Below, one piece after another: positions 37,887-49,757 of a stretch of 64,000 nt of DNA. The position numbers and the translations under genes are program-made. The first letter of the stretch is position 1; every line of letters begins with the position of its first letter. The notes under the pieces are model-generated. The model saw nothing but the letters and a program-made list of their open reading frames with translations, made no database searches and was not told the origin of the DNA. The stretch spans positions 192,365-256,364 of the forward strand of contig JACQXK010000001.1 in NCBI GenBank assembly GCA_016208765.1, written 5' to 3'. This stretch comes from Candidatus Omnitrophota bacterium. Lineage in GTDB: Bacteria > Omnitrophota > Gorgyraeia > Gygaellales > Profunditerraquicolaceae.

Positions 37887-38807
37887 ATGAAGAACAAATA
37901 TATTATTAGTATAGATTTAGGCGGGACGAATTTAAGGATCGCCTTAGTAGATAAAGACTTGCAAATTAAAGATAGATTTGTTTTGTGCACTCCGGTTTTT
38001 ACCACAAAACAGAGCCTGATTTCTGCAGTTGTTTCTTCAATTAATAAAATCATTTCTACAAATCATTTAACTAAATCTGATGTTTTAGGAATCGGCCTTG
38101 GTTTGCCCGGGCCCATTGACTATAAGAACGGGATAGTGCATTTTTTTCCGAATATTCCCGGTTGGAAGAATGTTTTGCTTAAGGATAACTTAGAGACAAA
38201 GCTTGGCATTAAGGTATTTGTTGATAATGATGCTAAGGTTATGACTTTAGCTGAGTCAAGAATCGGTGCTGCAAGAGGAGCGAAACATGTTGTCTGCGTT
38301 ACACTTGGGACTGGCGTAGGTGGTGGTTTAATTTTAGATGGCAAACTCTTTCGTGCAAGTACAAATGCCACTGGCGAGCTTGGCCATATCCCAATAAATG
38401 AAACAGGCCCAAAATGCAACTGTGGAGGCATAGCTTGTCTTGAGGCGTACATTGGTAATAAGCGGATTCTTCAGCAGGCTGAGAAGATCTTTAAAAAGAA
38501 AATAACCCTTGAGCAATTAAGCGCATTAGCAAGGAAAGGTAATCTTAATGCCATTAAAATCTGGAAAGATGTTGGCAGGATCTTAGGAGTTGCTCTTTCT
38601 GGTGTGGTTAACTTGCTTAGCCCTGATTGCATTGTAATTGGTGGTGGCGTGGCTAATGCCGGTAAAGTATTATTTGATCAGGTTAGGGAAACAATTTTAG
38701 AACGCGCAATGAGCGTGCAGGCAAAGCATGTAAAAATTTATAAAGCTGCTTTAGGAAAAGATGCCGGCTTAATTGGCGCTGCGATTTTAGTAAGAGAAGG
38801 GGTTTGA
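37887..38807 (+). CDS. ROK-family sugar kinase (glucokinase-like).
   Basis: [15 protein letters not shown]-terminal ATPase motif and a CNCGGIAC zinc motif characteristic of ROK kinases. Confidence 0.85.
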   Translation: MKNKYIISIDLGGTNLRIALVDKDLQIKDRFVLCTPVFTTKQSLISAVVSSINKIISTNHLTKSDVLGIGLGLPGPIDYKNGIVHFFPNIPGWKNVLLKDNLETKLGIKVFVDNDAKVMTLAESRIGAARGAKHVVCVTLGTGVGGGLILDGKLFRASTNATGELGHIPINETGPKCNCGGIACLEAYIGNKRILQQAEKIFKKKITLEQLSALARKGNLNAIKIWKDVGRILGVALSGVVNLLSPDCIVIGGGVANAGKVLFDQVRETILERAMSVQAKHVKIYKAALGKDAGLIGAAILVREGV

Positions 38808-39454
38808 GGATGAAAATCTTTATTGATACTGCTAATGTGAATGAAATTAAAGAAGCATTAAATTTGGGTGTTATTGATGGGGTGACTACTAATCCCAGTT
38901 TAATTTCAAAAGAGAAGCGCCCTGCGCAGGAATTATTAAAAGAAATTTGCGCCTTGGTTTCAGGGCCGGTAAGCGGTGAGGTAATCAGTTTAGATACAGA
39001 TGGCATGGTTAAAGAAGCGCGCGAGTTAACAAAGCTTGCAAAAAATATTGTTATCAAGATCCCTTTGACTAAAGATGGTTTAAAGGCAGTAAAAATTTTG
39101 GCCAAAGAAAATATTAAGACTAATGTAACATTATGTTTCTCTGCAACACAGGCATTGCTTGCGGCAAAGGCAGGAGCAGATTATATTTCGCCATTTATTG
39201 GTCGTCTTGATGATATTGCGCAAGTGGGGATGGACCTGATCAGGAATATTAAAACTATTTACAGTAATTATGGTTTTAAAACTCAGATTATTGTTGCTTC
39301 AGTGCGTAATCCTGTGCATGTGCTGGATGCGGCTTTGGCGGGAGCTGATATTGCGACTATCCCTTTTAATGTCATTGAGCAGTTAATTAAGCATCCTTTA
39401 ACAGACATTGGAATACAAAGATTTCTGGAAGATTACAAAAAGATACCTAAATAA
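38804..39454 (+). CDS. Fructose-6-phosphate aldolase / short transaldolase (TalC/Fsa family).
   Basis: [32 protein letters not shown]; 216 aa, in the short-transaldolase class. Confidence 0.85.
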   Translation: MRMKIFIDTANVNEIKEALNLGVIDGVTTNPSLISKEKRPAQELLKEICALVSGPVSGEVISLDTDGMVKEARELTKLAKNIVIKIPLTKDGLKAVKILAKENIKTNVTLCFSATQALLAAKAGADYISPFIGRLDDIAQVGMDLIRNIKTIYSNYGFKTQIIVASVRNPVHVLDAALAGADIATIPFNVIEQLIKHPLTDIGIQRFLEDYKKIPK

Positions 39455-41917
39455 ATGATAGAAAACTTGGAAAATAAAGGTCCGGAAAAACCAAAGTCAA
39501 ACTACAAAAGAAATTTTCTTTTGGTTGTTTTTTGCGGCCTCATTATTTTTGCGCAGGTTTACATTGGAGCTAAGTTTTTTTCATATGCCCAGGAAGAAAA
39601 TCGCGCCAATGCAAAAAAAGAGAACGTGGCAAAGGAGCTGGATAATGTAGAAACAAAAGATCCCGTTCAGGAAGTTAAGGTGGATTCTTCTTTAGATGGT
39701 AAGGCCGCTGCATCAGGAACACAAAAAACCGGAGGTTCATCTGATATTTCAGTAGAGGTTGAAGATACGGCAAGTGGTGATTCTGGTTGGGATAATGGAG
39801 GAATTGCTGAGGCAGCTGTCTGGAATGAACCTGTTATTGTCAAAGATGGCCAGGAGCCTCTGGTGGTCAACGGAGATGTGGTTGAATACGCAGGCGCTAA
39901 AAATGAAGTTAATGCTTTAGGAAACGTAGAGATTGACTACAAGGGTTCAAAATTGAGCTGCCAGAGCTTGAAAGTGGATACATTAACAAAAGAAGGCCTT
40001 GCTGAAGGCAATGTTAAGATTGCAGATAAAGAATCTGTGATTGAAGGAAGCAAAGTCAGTTATAATTTTGCCACACAATCAGGAGTCATTAATGATGCTG
40101 TTTTTCATTCAGATCCGTATTTCGGAAAGGCGCTAAAAATTGAGAAAGTCGGGACAGGTCAATTCATTGCTTTAAATTCCAAGATTACTACTTGTAACTT
40201 TGACCATCCGCATTATCGCATGGGAGCGCAAGAAGTTAATGTTTATCCAAAAAACAAAATTCAGATTAAGGGCGCCGAGTTTTATGTTAGCAAATTCCCG
40301 TTGCTGTATATTCCCCAATACAACCAGAGTTTAAAAGACCCGATGATGCATGTTCAGGTAATGCCGGGAAGCAATAAAGATTGGGGGCCGTATATGCTAA
40401 GCGCTTGGAGGTATAATCTTACAGATAATGTTAACGGAAATTTATTTTTGGATTATCGTAGCAAGCTTGGTTTAGCAGAGGGCGTGGATCTTAATTATAA
40501 GAACGAAAATTTTGGCAAAGGTGATTATAAGTTTTATTTCACCGATGAAAGCCCGAGCAGTGTCCCTGACGGTAAACAAAAAAGCTATGAGCGTTACCTC
40601 TCGCGCTGGCGTCATCAGTGGGCGATTGATGAGCATACCAATTTTACCTCTGAGTTTTATAAGATAAAAGACGAAGAGCGAAAGATCCTTGACCCTAACA
40701 AAAACATCCTTAAAGATTTCTTTTTTCGTGAATATGAAAAAGATTCTCAGCCGTTGACCTACGCATTATTCCACCACAGCTTTCCATCTGCCAGTTTGGA
40801 TTTGTTGATGCAGAAGAATATTAATCACTGGTTTAACCAATTGGATAAACTCCCGGAGCTATCTTATACATTGCCGAGTTATCAGATTGCAGATTCAATG
40901 TTCTATTTTGAGAATAATTCAACTTTGTCAAGTTTAAGTAAAGGGCCTGATGTTTCTCCGACATCTCCCGAGAAGGTAAGTTTTACCCGTTTAGATACAG
41001 CTAATAAGTTTTCTCTTCCGGTTAAAATTGCGATTTTTGATTTTACCCCGTTTGTAGGCAGCAGGGAAACGATCTATGATAGAGGGCTTGATGGCACGTC
41101 GCTTCCTGCGAGGACAATTTTTACCGCAGGCAGCGGTTTAAGTACAAAATTTTACCGTAACTTTGATATTACAACCAGGTTCTTGGGAATGGAGATTAAT
41201 GATTTAAGGCATGTTATTTCACCGATTATAGACTATACCTATAATCATACTCCGACTATCCCCGAGTCTGATTTACGCCAGATTGATTCTGTGGATGCGC
41301 TTACCTCCAGTAATACTGCAAGCTTCGGCCTGGCAAATAAATTGCAGACCAAGCGAAACGGGATGAGTGTTGATTTAGTTGATTTCAGGGTTACGAGTGC
41401 ATATAATTTCAGCCCGCAAGTGAGCAGTACTTATAAAGGCGGTGGAGGGCTTTCAGATCTATTCTTTAAATTGAAAGTTTTGCCTTATTCTTGGCTTAGG
41501 CTTGAATCTGATGCTACTTTTAATAACAGAAAAAATAGTTTTACTGATGTAAACTACGATTTAAATTTTGACCTTGGCAAAGAACGCTCATTTGCTTTAG
41601 GGCAGCGGTACCAGCTCAGCGGCGGTAACCAGATTACCGAATCATTCAATTGGAGGCTGACGCCTAAATGGAAATTTAGCACATACCATCGTTTTAACAT
41701 AAATGGCGGCTCTGATTCAACAAACGGGTTGCAGGAACAGCAGTATACTTTTACCAGGGATTTGCATTGTTGGTTAATGGACGTTACTTTTCGTACTACT
41801 AAAAATGAAGGCTCAACGGTTTATTTTATGTTTAGGCTGAAGGCGTTCCCTGAGACAGCATTTGGTTTCAACCAGAGCTATCAGAGCCCGGAATCAGGTT
41901 CCCAGTCTAACCCATAA
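39455..41917 (+). CDS. lptD: LPS-assembly outer-membrane protein LptD (OstA family).
   Basis: N-terminal OstA-like beta-jellyroll (…VVNGDVVEYAGAKNEVNALGNVEIDYKGSKLSCQSL…) followed by a large beta-barrel region; 820 aa. Confidence 0.75.
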   Translation: MIENLENKGPEKPKSNYKRNFLLVVFCGLIIFAQVYIGAKFFSYAQEENRANAKKENVAKELDNVETKDPVQEVKVDSSLDGKAAASGTQKTGGSSDISVEVEDTASGDSGWDNGGIAEAAVWNEPVIVKDGQEPLVVNGDVVEYAGAKNEVNALGNVEIDYKGSKLSCQSLKVDTLTKEGLAEGNVKIADKESVIEGSKVSYNFATQSGVINDAVFHSDPYFGKALKIEKVGTGQFIALNSKITTCNFDHPHYRMGAQEVNVYPKNKIQIKGAEFYVSKFPLLYIPQYNQSLKDPMMHVQVMPGSNKDWGPYMLSAWRYNLTDNVNGNLFLDYRSKLGLAEGVDLNYKNENFGKGDYKFYFTDESPSSVPDGKQKSYERYLSRWRHQWAIDEHTNFTSEFYKIKDEERKILDPNKNILKDFFFREYEKDSQPLTYALFHHSFPSASLDLLMQKNINHWFNQLDKLPELSYTLPSYQIADSMFYFENNSTLSSLSKGPDVSPTSPEKVSFTRLDTANKFSLPVKIAIFDFTPFVGSRETIYDRGLDGTSLPARTIFTAGSGLSTKFYRNFDITTRFLGMEINDLRHVISPIIDYTYNHTPTIPESDLRQIDSVDALTSSNTASFGLANKLQTKRNGMSVDLVDFRVTSAYNFSPQVSSTYKGGGGLSDLFFKLKVLPYSWLRLESDATFNNRKNSFTDVNYDLNFDLGKERSFALGQRYQLSGGNQITESFNWRLTPKWKFSTYHRFNINGGSDSTNGLQEQQYTFTRDLHCWLMDVTFRTTKNEGSTVYFMFRLKAFPETAFGFNQSYQSPESGSQSNP

Positions 41918-41952
41918 ATACTGCCAACCATTCACAAAATTAAGGTAGAGAG

Positions 41953-43254
41953 ATGAATATTTCAATTATTGGTTCTGGTTATGTAGGTTTGGTCAGCGGG
42001 ACCTGTTTTGCCGAACTTGGCAATAAGGTTATTTGTGCCGATAATGATGCAAAAAAGATCGCCCAGCTTAAAAAAGGCAATCTTCCGATATATGAACCCG
42101 GGTTAGAGGAATTAATCAAAGGAAATTTAAAAAAAGGCAGGTTAAGATTTTCTACAAACATTAAAGAGGCGGTAGTTAACTCTGAAGTTATTTTTATTGC
42201 CGTAGGCACGCCGCCGCTTGATAACGGAGAAGCAGATTTGACCGGCATAGAAAATGTCGCGCGAAATATCGCAAAGATCTTGCCCGGCTATCGCTTGATT
42301 GTTGAGAAATCAACTGTTCCTGTGGAAACAGGCGAAAGAGTAAAAGACACCATTGAAACTTATGTAAAGCGTAAGGTTAAATTTGATGTGGCTTCTAACC
42401 CTGAGTTTTTAAGAGAAGGCACTGCTATAAATGATTTTATGCATCCTGACCGTATTGTAATCGGCGTTGAATCAAAGAAAGCGCGGGATACCTTGGTGAG
42501 TTTGTATCAGCCGCTTAACGTGCCAATAGTTGTGACTAATATCAAATCAGCGGAGTTGATCAAGCATGCTTCAAACGCGTTTCTTGCCACAAAGATCTCC
42601 TTTATTAACGCTGTGTCTCGCGTCTGCGATAAGGTCGGGGCAAATGTTGAGGAGGTCGCCAAGGGCATGGGTTTGGATAAAAGGATCGGCAGGGCATTCC
42701 TGGATGCCGGTATCGGCTATGGCGGATCGTGTTTTCCTAAAGACCTGGATGCATTTGTAACGATTTCAGAAAATGTAGGTTATGATTTTGAGTTGTTAAA
42801 AGTTGCCCGTAATGTTAATGAAGAACAAAAGAGATTTTACATTAAAAAGATCAAAGATGCCTTGTGGGTGCTTAAAGATAAGAATATCGGTATTTTGGGC
42901 CTTTCTTTCAAGCCGAATACCGACGATATTCGCAGCGCCCCCTCTTTAGATATAGTTAAATTTTTGCTGCAGGAGGGCGTTAAGATCCGTGCTTATGACC
43001 CGCAGGCTATGCCCAAGTTTAAAAATGAAATAAACCAAGTTACCTTTTGCAAGAATTCTTATGAAGCGGCAAAACAAGCGGATTGCCTTTTGATTATTAC
43101 AGAATGGAATGAGTTTAAAGAGATTGATTTTAAGCGCTTAAAGAAACAGATGCGTTGCGCCCTGATTATTGACGGCAGGAATATTTACGCACCCGAAGTA
43201 ATGTGTAAATTAGGTTTTAAATATATTAGTATCGGAAGACCAAGCTGCAAGTAG
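41953..43254 (+). CDS. ugd: UDP-glucose 6-dehydrogenase.
   Basis: N-terminal Rossmann IIGSGYVGLVSG, a catalytic GGSCFPKD motif and a C-terminal UDP-binding domain. Confidence 0.85.
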   Translation: MNISIIGSGYVGLVSGTCFAELGNKVICADNDAKKIAQLKKGNLPIYEPGLEELIKGNLKKGRLRFSTNIKEAVVNSEVIFIAVGTPPLDNGEADLTGIENVARNIAKILPGYRLIVEKSTVPVETGERVKDTIETYVKRKVKFDVASNPEFLREGTAINDFMHPDRIVIGVESKKARDTLVSLYQPLNVPIVVTNIKSAELIKHASNAFLATKISFINAVSRVCDKVGANVEEVAKGMGLDKRIGRAFLDAGIGYGGSCFPKDLDAFVTISENVGYDFELLKVARNVNEEQKRFYIKKIKDALWVLKDKNIGILGLSFKPNTDDIRSAPSLDIVKFLLQEGVKIRAYDPQAMPKFKNEINQVTFCKNSYEAAKQADCLLIITEWNEFKEIDFKRLKKQMRCALIIDGRNIYAPEVMCKLGFKYISIGRPSCK

Positions 43255-43261
43255 AGCAAAT

Positions 43262-44572
43262 ATGAGCCAATTTGTGAGTAATTATAAAAAAAGAATACAA
43301 AAAAAAGAAATTAAGATTGGCGTTGTGGGGTTAGGTTATGTGGGTTTGCCTTTGGCGCTGGAATTTGCCAAGAAAAAAGTGAATGTGCTTGGCATAGAGA
43401 TTGATAAAGACAGGTTAAGCCAGATTGAAAACGGAGTTTCCTACATTACTGATGTTACTACCAAGGAATTAAAGCATATTTTAAAGGCCGGTTATTTTGA
43501 GGCAAGCGGAGATTTTGAACAGCTTAAGGCTGCTGATGCGGTGATTATTTGCGTTCCGACTCCGTTAAAAAGAAAATACCATCCGAATATTTCGTATATT
43601 AAGGAGGCAGTAAAAGAAATCTCCAAGAATATAAAAAAAGGCGCATTGGTGATCCTGGAAAGCACTACTTATCCCGGAACAACTGATGAAGTGATCCTGC
43701 CTTTATTAGAAAACGCCGGCTTAATACATAATAAGGATTTCTTTCTTTGTTTTTCCCCCGAGAGAATTGACCCGGGGAATGTTAGCTTTCCCGTAAATAA
43801 AATACCAAAAATTGTAGGTGGAATCAGCAAGGAAGCAACCGAATTAGCTGCTTTAACTTATGGGATCATTATTGATAAGATTGTTAAGGTTTCCTCGGCG
43901 CGCAGCGCTGAGGCGGCAAAGTTATTGGAGAATACCTTTCGCTTGATCAATATCGGGATGATTGACGAGCTGGCAATGATGGCAAATAAGATGAATATTG
44001 ACATCTGGGAAGTGATTGATGCCGCAAAGACCAAACCGTTTGGTTTTATGCCGTTTTATCCGGGCCCGGGAGTTGGCGGGCACTGCATTCCAAAAGACCC
44101 GTTGTATCTTTATTGGAAGGCGAAGCATTTTGGCTTCAGGTCTAAATTTATCAAACTTGCCTCTGATGTTATCAGCCGGATGCCTGAGTATGTTGTAGAG
44201 CGGGTTGAGGAAGTCCTGGAAAAGCAGGGATGTGAAATTAAGAATGCAAAGATTTTGGTAGTTGGTGTTACTTATAAAAAAGATATAAAAGATTTGAGGA
44301 AATCTCCACCGTTAGATATTATTTCAACTTTGCAGAAGAAAAAGAGCGGCGTATCTTATTATGATCCCTTAGTTACTTATTTAAAAATTGGCCACATTGA
44401 TTTAGGCAGCATTTCCCTAAGCGCGGAAAAACTGGCTGATTTTGATTGTGTGATTATTGCCACTGACCATACCAGCACAGATTATAAATTTATCCTTAAG
44501 CATGCAAAATTGATTTTTGATACGCGTAATATATATAAAGGAATAGAGGACAGAAAGGTCATCAGACTATGA
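43262..44572 (+). CDS. Nucleotide-sugar dehydrogenase of the UDP-N-acetyl-D-mannosamine/glucosamine dehydrogenase type (WecC/TviB-like).
   Basis: VGLGYVGLPLA Rossmann and a GGHCIPKD catalytic motif; 436 aa. Confidence 0.75.
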   Translation: MSQFVSNYKKRIQKKEIKIGVVGLGYVGLPLALEFAKKKVNVLGIEIDKDRLSQIENGVSYITDVTTKELKHILKAGYFEASGDFEQLKAADAVIICVPTPLKRKYHPNISYIKEAVKEISKNIKKGALVILESTTYPGTTDEVILPLLENAGLIHNKDFFLCFSPERIDPGNVSFPVNKIPKIVGGISKEATELAALTYGIIIDKIVKVSSARSAEAAKLLENTFRLINIGMIDELAMMANKMNIDIWEVIDAAKTKPFGFMPFYPGPGVGGHCIPKDPLYLYWKAKHFGFRSKFIKLASDVISRMPEYVVERVEEVLEKQGCEIKNAKILVVGVTYKKDIKDLRKSPPLDIISTLQKKKSGVSYYDPLVTYLKIGHIDLGSISLSAEKLADFDCVIIATDHTSTDYKFILKHAKLIFDTRNIYKGIEDRKVIRL

Positions 44573-45501
44573 GCAGGTTTTTAGTTACCGGTGGTGCAGG
44601 ATTTATCGGTTCGCATATTGTTGAGGAACTGGTTGCAAAGAGGCATTTTGTGCGTATTTTGGATAATTTCTCAAGCGGGAAAACTGAGAATCTTAAAAAT
44701 GTTTTTGATAAAATTGAATTATTCAGGGGAGATATCCGCTCAAGTTCCGATTGCAACAAAGCTTGCGCAGGAATAGATTTTGTTTTGCATCAAGCTGCCC
44801 TAAGAAGTGTCCCTAAGTCAATGAAGAACCCTGCTGAATATAACGATGTTAACATCGCAGGGACCCTTAATATGCTGCAGGCGGCATTAAGCGCTAAGGT
44901 GAAGCGTTTTGTTTTTGCTTCGTCAAGTTCTGTTTATGGGGATGTGGACAAATTTCCTGAAAAAGAGGATTTTCTCCCGCAGTTAATTTCTCCTTATGCG
45001 CTTAGTAAACTGGCTGGTGAATATTATTGCCGGATATTCAGCCAGAATTATGGTTTAGAAACTGCGTGTTTGCGTTATTTTAATGTGTTCGGGCAGCGCC
45101 AGGCTTTGGATGATGAATATGCAGTGGTAATTCCGAAATTTATTTCCTGTATGCTTAATAATGAAAACCCCCCGATATACGGGACCGGAAAACAGTCGCG
45201 TGATTTTACTTACGTTAAGAATGTTGTTAATGCCAATTTGCTTGCTGCAAAAAAGCCAGGGCTTAAGGGCGAGGTTTTTAACGTGGCTTCAGGAAAAGAT
45301 TATAGCGTGTTGGAATTGGTTAAATTCTTAAATCAGATCTTAAAGAAAGATATTAAGCCTGCATTTCTTAAGCCTCGTCAGGGAGATGTTTTTAGGACAA
45401 GCGCAAGCCTTTTGAAAATAAAGAAAGTCCTCGGATTTTGCCCAAAAGTGAATTTTGTTGAAGGTTTAAAGCTGACTGTAGAGTATTTTAAAAATAAATG
45501 A
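44569..45501 (+). CDS. NAD-dependent nucleotide-sugar epimerase (UDP-GlcNAcA/GlcA 4-epimerase-like; TviC/WbpP family).
   Basis: [10 protein letters not shown] Rossmann and a YxxxK motif (YALSKLAGE). Confidence 0.75.
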   Translation: MSRFLVTGGAGFIGSHIVEELVAKRHFVRILDNFSSGKTENLKNVFDKIELFRGDIRSSSDCNKACAGIDFVLHQAALRSVPKSMKNPAEYNDVNIAGTLNMLQAALSAKVKRFVFASSSSVYGDVDKFPEKEDFLPQLISPYALSKLAGEYYCRIFSQNYGLETACLRYFNVFGQRQALDDEYAVVIPKFISCMLNNENPPIYGTGKQSRDFTYVKNVVNANLLAAKKPGLKGEVFNVASGKDYSVLELVKFLNQILKKDIKPAFLKPRQGDVFRTSASLLKIKKVLGFCPKVNFVEGLKLTVEYFKNK

Positions 45502-46427
45502 AGAAGACATTAGTTATCACCGGAGGTGCAGGTTTTATCGGTTCGCATTTATGCGAAAGGTTCCTATCTGAGGGCCTTCGTGTTATTTGCATGGATAATT
45601 TTATTACCAGCGACAAAGAGAATATCAGGCATTTATTCAGGAATAATAACTTTAAATTTGTGGAACATAATGTAACTAAGTATATTAATGTTGCCGGCAA
45701 GGTTGATTATGTTTTGCATTTTGCTTCCTTGGCCTCGCCTGAAGATTATCTGAAATATCCCATCCAGACTTTAAAGGTTGGCTCACTCGGGACGCATAAT
45801 GCGCTCGGCCTTGCCAAGGAGAAGAAGGCCGTGTTCATGATAGCCTCAACATCCGAAGTTTACGGCGATCCGTTAATTCATCCTCAGCCGGAAAGTTATT
45901 GGGGCAATGTTAACCCCATCGGCGTGCGCGGTTGTTATGATGAGTCAAAGCGTTTTGCCGAAGCAATTACCATGGCATATCACCGTATACATAAAATTGA
46001 TACGCGAATCGTGCGCATATTCAATACTTATGGCCCGCGCATGAGAATGCATGACGGCAGGGTTGTGCCGAATTTTATTTATCAGGTATTGCACAACAAA
46101 CCATTAACTGTCTTTGGAAAAGGAACTCAGACCAGGAGTTTTTGTTATATTGACGATTTGGTGGAAGGCATTCATAGATTTTTATTCAGCAATATTAACG
46201 AGCCTTTAAATTTAGGCAATCCGGGTGAATTTAGCGTGATGCAATTGGCAAAATTAGTATTAAAACTTACCGGGTCAAAGAACAAAATTATCTTTAAGAA
46301 CCTGCCTCAAGATGATCCAAAGCAGCGCCAGCCTGATATTTCAAAAGCAAAGAAATTGCTTAAGTGGGAACCAAAAATACCTCTGGAAACCGGCCTGCAA
46401 AAGACCGTAAATTGGTTCAAGTCATAA
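45498..46427 (+). CDS. UDP-glucuronate decarboxylase (UDP-xylose synthase, UXS family).
   Basis: [15 protein letters not shown] and the overall pattern of bacterial UXS/ArnA-decarboxylase-like SDRs; 309 aa. Confidence 0.75.
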   Translation: MKKTLVITGGAGFIGSHLCERFLSEGLRVICMDNFITSDKENIRHLFRNNNFKFVEHNVTKYINVAGKVDYVLHFASLASPEDYLKYPIQTLKVGSLGTHNALGLAKEKKAVFMIASTSEVYGDPLIHPQPESYWGNVNPIGVRGCYDESKRFAEAITMAYHRIHKIDTRIVRIFNTYGPRMRMHDGRVVPNFIYQVLHNKPLTVFGKGTQTRSFCYIDDLVEGIHRFLFSNINEPLNLGNPGEFSVMQLAKLVLKLTGSKNKIIFKNLPQDDPKQRQPDISKAKKLLKWEPKIPLETGLQKTVNWFKS

Positions 46428-46443
46428 AAAGAAAGCGCTTTCC

Positions 46444-46472
46444 TTGACAATGACTATTCCATATGTTATACT
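46444..46472 (+). promoter_or_regulatory. Near-consensus sigma-70 promoter: TTGACA, a 17-bp spacer, then TATACT.
   Basis: Read directly from the sequence: ccTTGACAatgactattccatatgtTATACTttt, about 50 bp upstream of cvpA. Confidence 0.5.
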
Positions 46473-46521
46473 TTTAATAATTTTCAGCCTATCTCTGATA
46501 TTTTTATCTTAAGAATAATAA

Positions 46522-47100
46522 ATGCCAAATTTTATAAGACAGATTAACTGGGTAGATCTTTTTGTTATAACTCTTTTATTAAGAGTCTGTTACGTTGCAG
46601 CAGGTACCGGCATTCTAATTGAATCTTTTAAGATTGCAGGAACCATCTTTGCAACCTATTTTTCACTTCATTATTACTCAGATTTGGCCGGTTTCTTAAA
46701 AGACAGATTCGGGTCAGAATACATACCTCTAACTTTACTGGAATTTATATCTTTTTTTATTTTGGCATTTGGTGTTTATTTATTGTTTGTATTCCTGCGT
46801 AAGATTTTCTGCCGTTTTGTTAAGATGGAAGCAGTGGAAAATTTGAATAAATGGGGCGGTTTAATTATAGGGGTTATTCGCGGTTTGCTGCTAATAAGTT
46901 TGTTTACTTTTGGATTCGTGCTTTCTAATATTAGTTATTTTCAGGAGAGCCTGCAGCATTCATACACTGGCAGGCGTATTTTTTATCTGGCTCCATCTGT
47001 TTATCGCTGGTCATGGGAGAATATCGCTTCAAAATTTTCCAGTGACGATAAAATGAATGAAGCTGTTTTAAAAGCTGAGGATAAAATTAAAGAAAAATGA
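46522..47100 (+). CDS. cvpA: CvpA-family membrane protein (colicin V production protein homolog).
   Basis: Four hydrophobic segments and the start MPNFIRQINWVDLFVITLLLRVCYV, which is typical of CvpA. Confidence 0.6.
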   Translation: MPNFIRQINWVDLFVITLLLRVCYVAAGTGILIESFKIAGTIFATYFSLHYYSDLAGFLKDRFGSEYIPLTLLEFISFFILAFGVYLLFVFLRKIFCRFVKMEAVENLNKWGGLIIGVIRGLLLISLFTFGFVLSNISYFQESLQHSYTGRRIFYLAPSVYRWSWENIASKFSSDDKMNEAVLKAEDKIKEK

Positions 47101-47969
47101 AACTCGGGCATCTTTATAATCAAGTTGTGAAGTTTGGAAGAGACCGTGACCCAAGAAAAGATAAGGGTAATATTACTTCTTATGCCGATACTGCCGTTCT
47201 TTACGGCAATCTTGAAACAGAAGTAAAGAAGGTTATGATCGGTATTGATATTGAAGTTGCGGAATTATTATTGGCAGACAGGATCCGCCAGAGGCAGGGG
47301 CTGGATCTGGTTATTGCGCATCATCCGGAGGGCCGTGCGTTTGCCAGGCTCCATGATGTAATGCGGCTGCAGATTGATTTATTAAAAGATGCAGGTATAT
47401 CAGCAGCAGTTGCAAAAAAGCTTCTTGGGGAAAGAATGATTGAAGTAGAAAGAAGGATCCTGCCGCAGAATCATACGCGCCCTGTTGATGCTGCGCGCCT
47501 TTTGGATATGCCATTTATGTGCATGCATACTCCGGCGGATAATCACGTGTACAGGTTTATAGAAAAGCTAATGGATGATAAAAAACCGCGCAAGGTTAAG
47601 GATGTGGTTGATATTTTATCCGAGGTCCCTGAATATAAAGAAGCCTCCAAGATCAATGCCGGGCCGTCTATTATTATTGGCAATCCCAACAGGCCGGTTG
47701 GCAAAATTCTTATTGAAATGACCGGCGGGACCGAAGGATCAAAAGATGTTTTTGAAAAGTTGTATAAAACCGGCGTGCGCACTCTTATTTCAATGCATTT
47801 AAGTGAAGAACATTTTAAGAAAGTCAAAGACGCAAACCTCAATGCTGTAATTGCAGGGCATATCTCTTCTGACACCTTAGGGCTTAACCTGCTTCTGGAC
47901 AGGCTGGAGAATGAAGAACCGTTTCAGATAATCAACTCTTCCGGTTTTTACCGTATAAAAAGAAATTAA
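47097..47969 (+). CDS. Nif3-family dinuclear metal-centre protein (YqfO/YbgI-like).
   Basis: …LDLVIAHHPEG… motif. It sits upstream of dnaG-rpoD, as yqfO does in Firmicutes. Confidence 0.5.
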   Translation: MKLGHLYNQVVKFGRDRDPRKDKGNITSYADTAVLYGNLETEVKKVMIGIDIEVAELLLADRIRQRQGLDLVIAHHPEGRAFARLHDVMRLQIDLLKDAGISAAVAKKLLGERMIEVERRILPQNHTRPVDAARLLDMPFMCMHTPADNHVYRFIEKLMDDKKPRKVKDVVDILSEVPEYKEASKINAGPSIIIGNPNRPVGKILIEMTGGTEGSKDVFEKLYKTGVRTLISMHLSEEHFKKVKDANLNAVIAGHISSDTLGLNLLLDRLENEEPFQIINSSGFYRIKRN

Positions 47970-47987
47970 TTATTTTGAGGTTAAATT

Positions 47988-49757
47988 ATGGCAGGGCTTA
48001 TCCCGGATAATTGTTTAGAGGATATTTTAAGCCGGGTCAATATTGTAGAAGTAATTTCGGCTTATGTCCCGTTAAAACGCGCAGGGCGCAATTTTAAGGC
48101 CTGTTGCCCGTTTCATGAGGAGAAGACGCCTTCTTTTGTTGTCTCTGCTGACCGCCAGATTTATCATTGTTTCGGATGCGGCGAATCGGGAAATGCGTTT
48201 AAATTCCTGATGCGCTACGAACGTATGGAATTCCTGGAGGCAGTGGAGTTGTTGGCAAAAAAAGCAGGCGTAATCCTTCCGGAGTCCAAAAAGCAGGACC
48301 CTGCAGCGGTTAATTTTATAACCCAGCTTTATAAATTAAACGAATTATCCGGTTTGTTTTATGAAAACAACCTGAGTTTACCATCGGCGAGGCTGGCAAA
48401 AGATTATTTGTTAAAACGAGGCCTTAACGAAGAGACGATCAAGCTTTTTAAACTTGGGTTTGTTCCCGATAAATGGGACATGCTTTTAAGCCACCTGAGG
48501 TCAAAGAATATAAGTTTGTCTCTAATGGAAAAAGCCGGGCTTGTTGTGCCAAAAGATAATGGCGGGTATTATGACAGGTATCGTAACCGGATAATTTTTC
48601 CTATCCTTGATCCAAGAGAACGAGTGATTGGTTTCGGCGCGAGAGTTTTGGATAATTCTTTGCCCAAATATATCAATTCTCCGGAAACCCCGGTTTATGT
48701 TAAAGGTAGGAATCTATATGGATTGAATCTGTCCAAAGACAGTATTAGAGAATTGGATTTTGTTGTTATTGTTGAGGGTTATCTGGATGTTATCGTTCCT
48801 TTCCAAGCAGGTTTAAAGAATATTGTTGCTTCTTCCGGCACAGCTTTTACTCCTGAGCAGGCGCGCCTTATAAAAAGATACACTTCTAATGTCGTGGTGG
48901 TCTATGACGGAGATGCGGCGGGCCAAATTGCAAGCCTGCGAAGTTTAGAGATCTTTATTGAAGAAGAAATGAATGTAAAAATTGTTTCTCTTTCGGAGGG
49001 ACTTGACCCTGATTCATTTGTGCGTAAAAACGGCGTTGATGCGCTTAGAGAAGAAATTTCTAATGCAAAAAGTCTTTTTGATTATAAGTTGAGCATTTTA
49101 AAATCACGGTTTAATTATAGGAATATTGATGATAAAACTAAAATTGCGCAGGCAATGCTGGAGATTCTTGCTAAGATCAAGAACGCTGTGTTAAGGTCGG
49201 AATATTTGAAGAAGCTTGCCCAGGATTTGGACATAAAGGAAGACGCTCTTTTTCAGGAATTGAAGAAATTTGATACGGGAAAACCGTCTGCTAATCCTGT
49301 AGCACCAAATCAGAGAAAGCAGTTAAACATAAGCCCGACTGAAAAACTGCTGATTAAATTAATGCTGGAAGAAAACGATTTAATTACCAGGATCAAGGAC
49401 AGCCTGCATCCGCGAGATTTTCTTGATGAAAGATCAACTAAAATAGTTTCACATATTTTTAAACTTTTTGATGAAGGGCGTTCAGTTGAGCCAAATTTAC
49501 TGATGTCTCATTTAGGGTCTGATGATTTTTCGCAGCTTCTTTGTGAGTCAATTTTTATGCCGGATCAACTTAGTAGCGAGGAAAAAGAAAAAGTAGCTGA
49601 TGATTGTGTCAAGCGCCTTAAGCACGAGAAATCTCGTCAACACAGGCAGAGCCTTGAGCAGGAAATAAAAATAGCTCAAAATTCAGGAGATGAGGATAAA
49701 TTGCAGAGTTTACTTCAGGAGTTTCACGGGTTAATTAAAAAAGGGGTAAGAATATGA
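47988..49757 (+). CDS. dnaG: DNA primase.
   Basis: CHC2 zinc finger ([12 protein letters not shown]…CFGCG) and a TOPRIM domain (IVEGYLDVI…DGDAAG). Confidence 0.95.
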   Translation: MAGLIPDNCLEDILSRVNIVEVISAYVPLKRAGRNFKACCPFHEEKTPSFVVSADRQIYHCFGCGESGNAFKFLMRYERMEFLEAVELLAKKAGVILPESKKQDPAAVNFITQLYKLNELSGLFYENNLSLPSARLAKDYLLKRGLNEETIKLFKLGFVPDKWDMLLSHLRSKNISLSLMEKAGLVVPKDNGGYYDRYRNRIIFPILDPRERVIGFGARVLDNSLPKYINSPETPVYVKGRNLYGLNLSKDSIRELDFVVIVEGYLDVIVPFQAGLKNIVASSGTAFTPEQARLIKRYTSNVVVVYDGDAAGQIASLRSLEIFIEEEMNVKIVSLSEGLDPDSFVRKNGVDALREEISNAKSLFDYKLSILKSRFNYRNIDDKTKIAQAMLEILAKIKNAVLRSEYLKKLAQDLDIKEDALFQELKKFDTGKPSANPVAPNQRKQLNISPTEKLLIKLMLEENDLITRIKDSLHPRDFLDERSTKIVSHIFKLFDEGRSVEPNLLMSHLGSDDFSQLLCESIFMPDQLSSEEKEKVADDCVKRLKHEKSRQHRQSLEQEIKIAQNSGDEDKLQSLLQEFHGLIKKGVRI

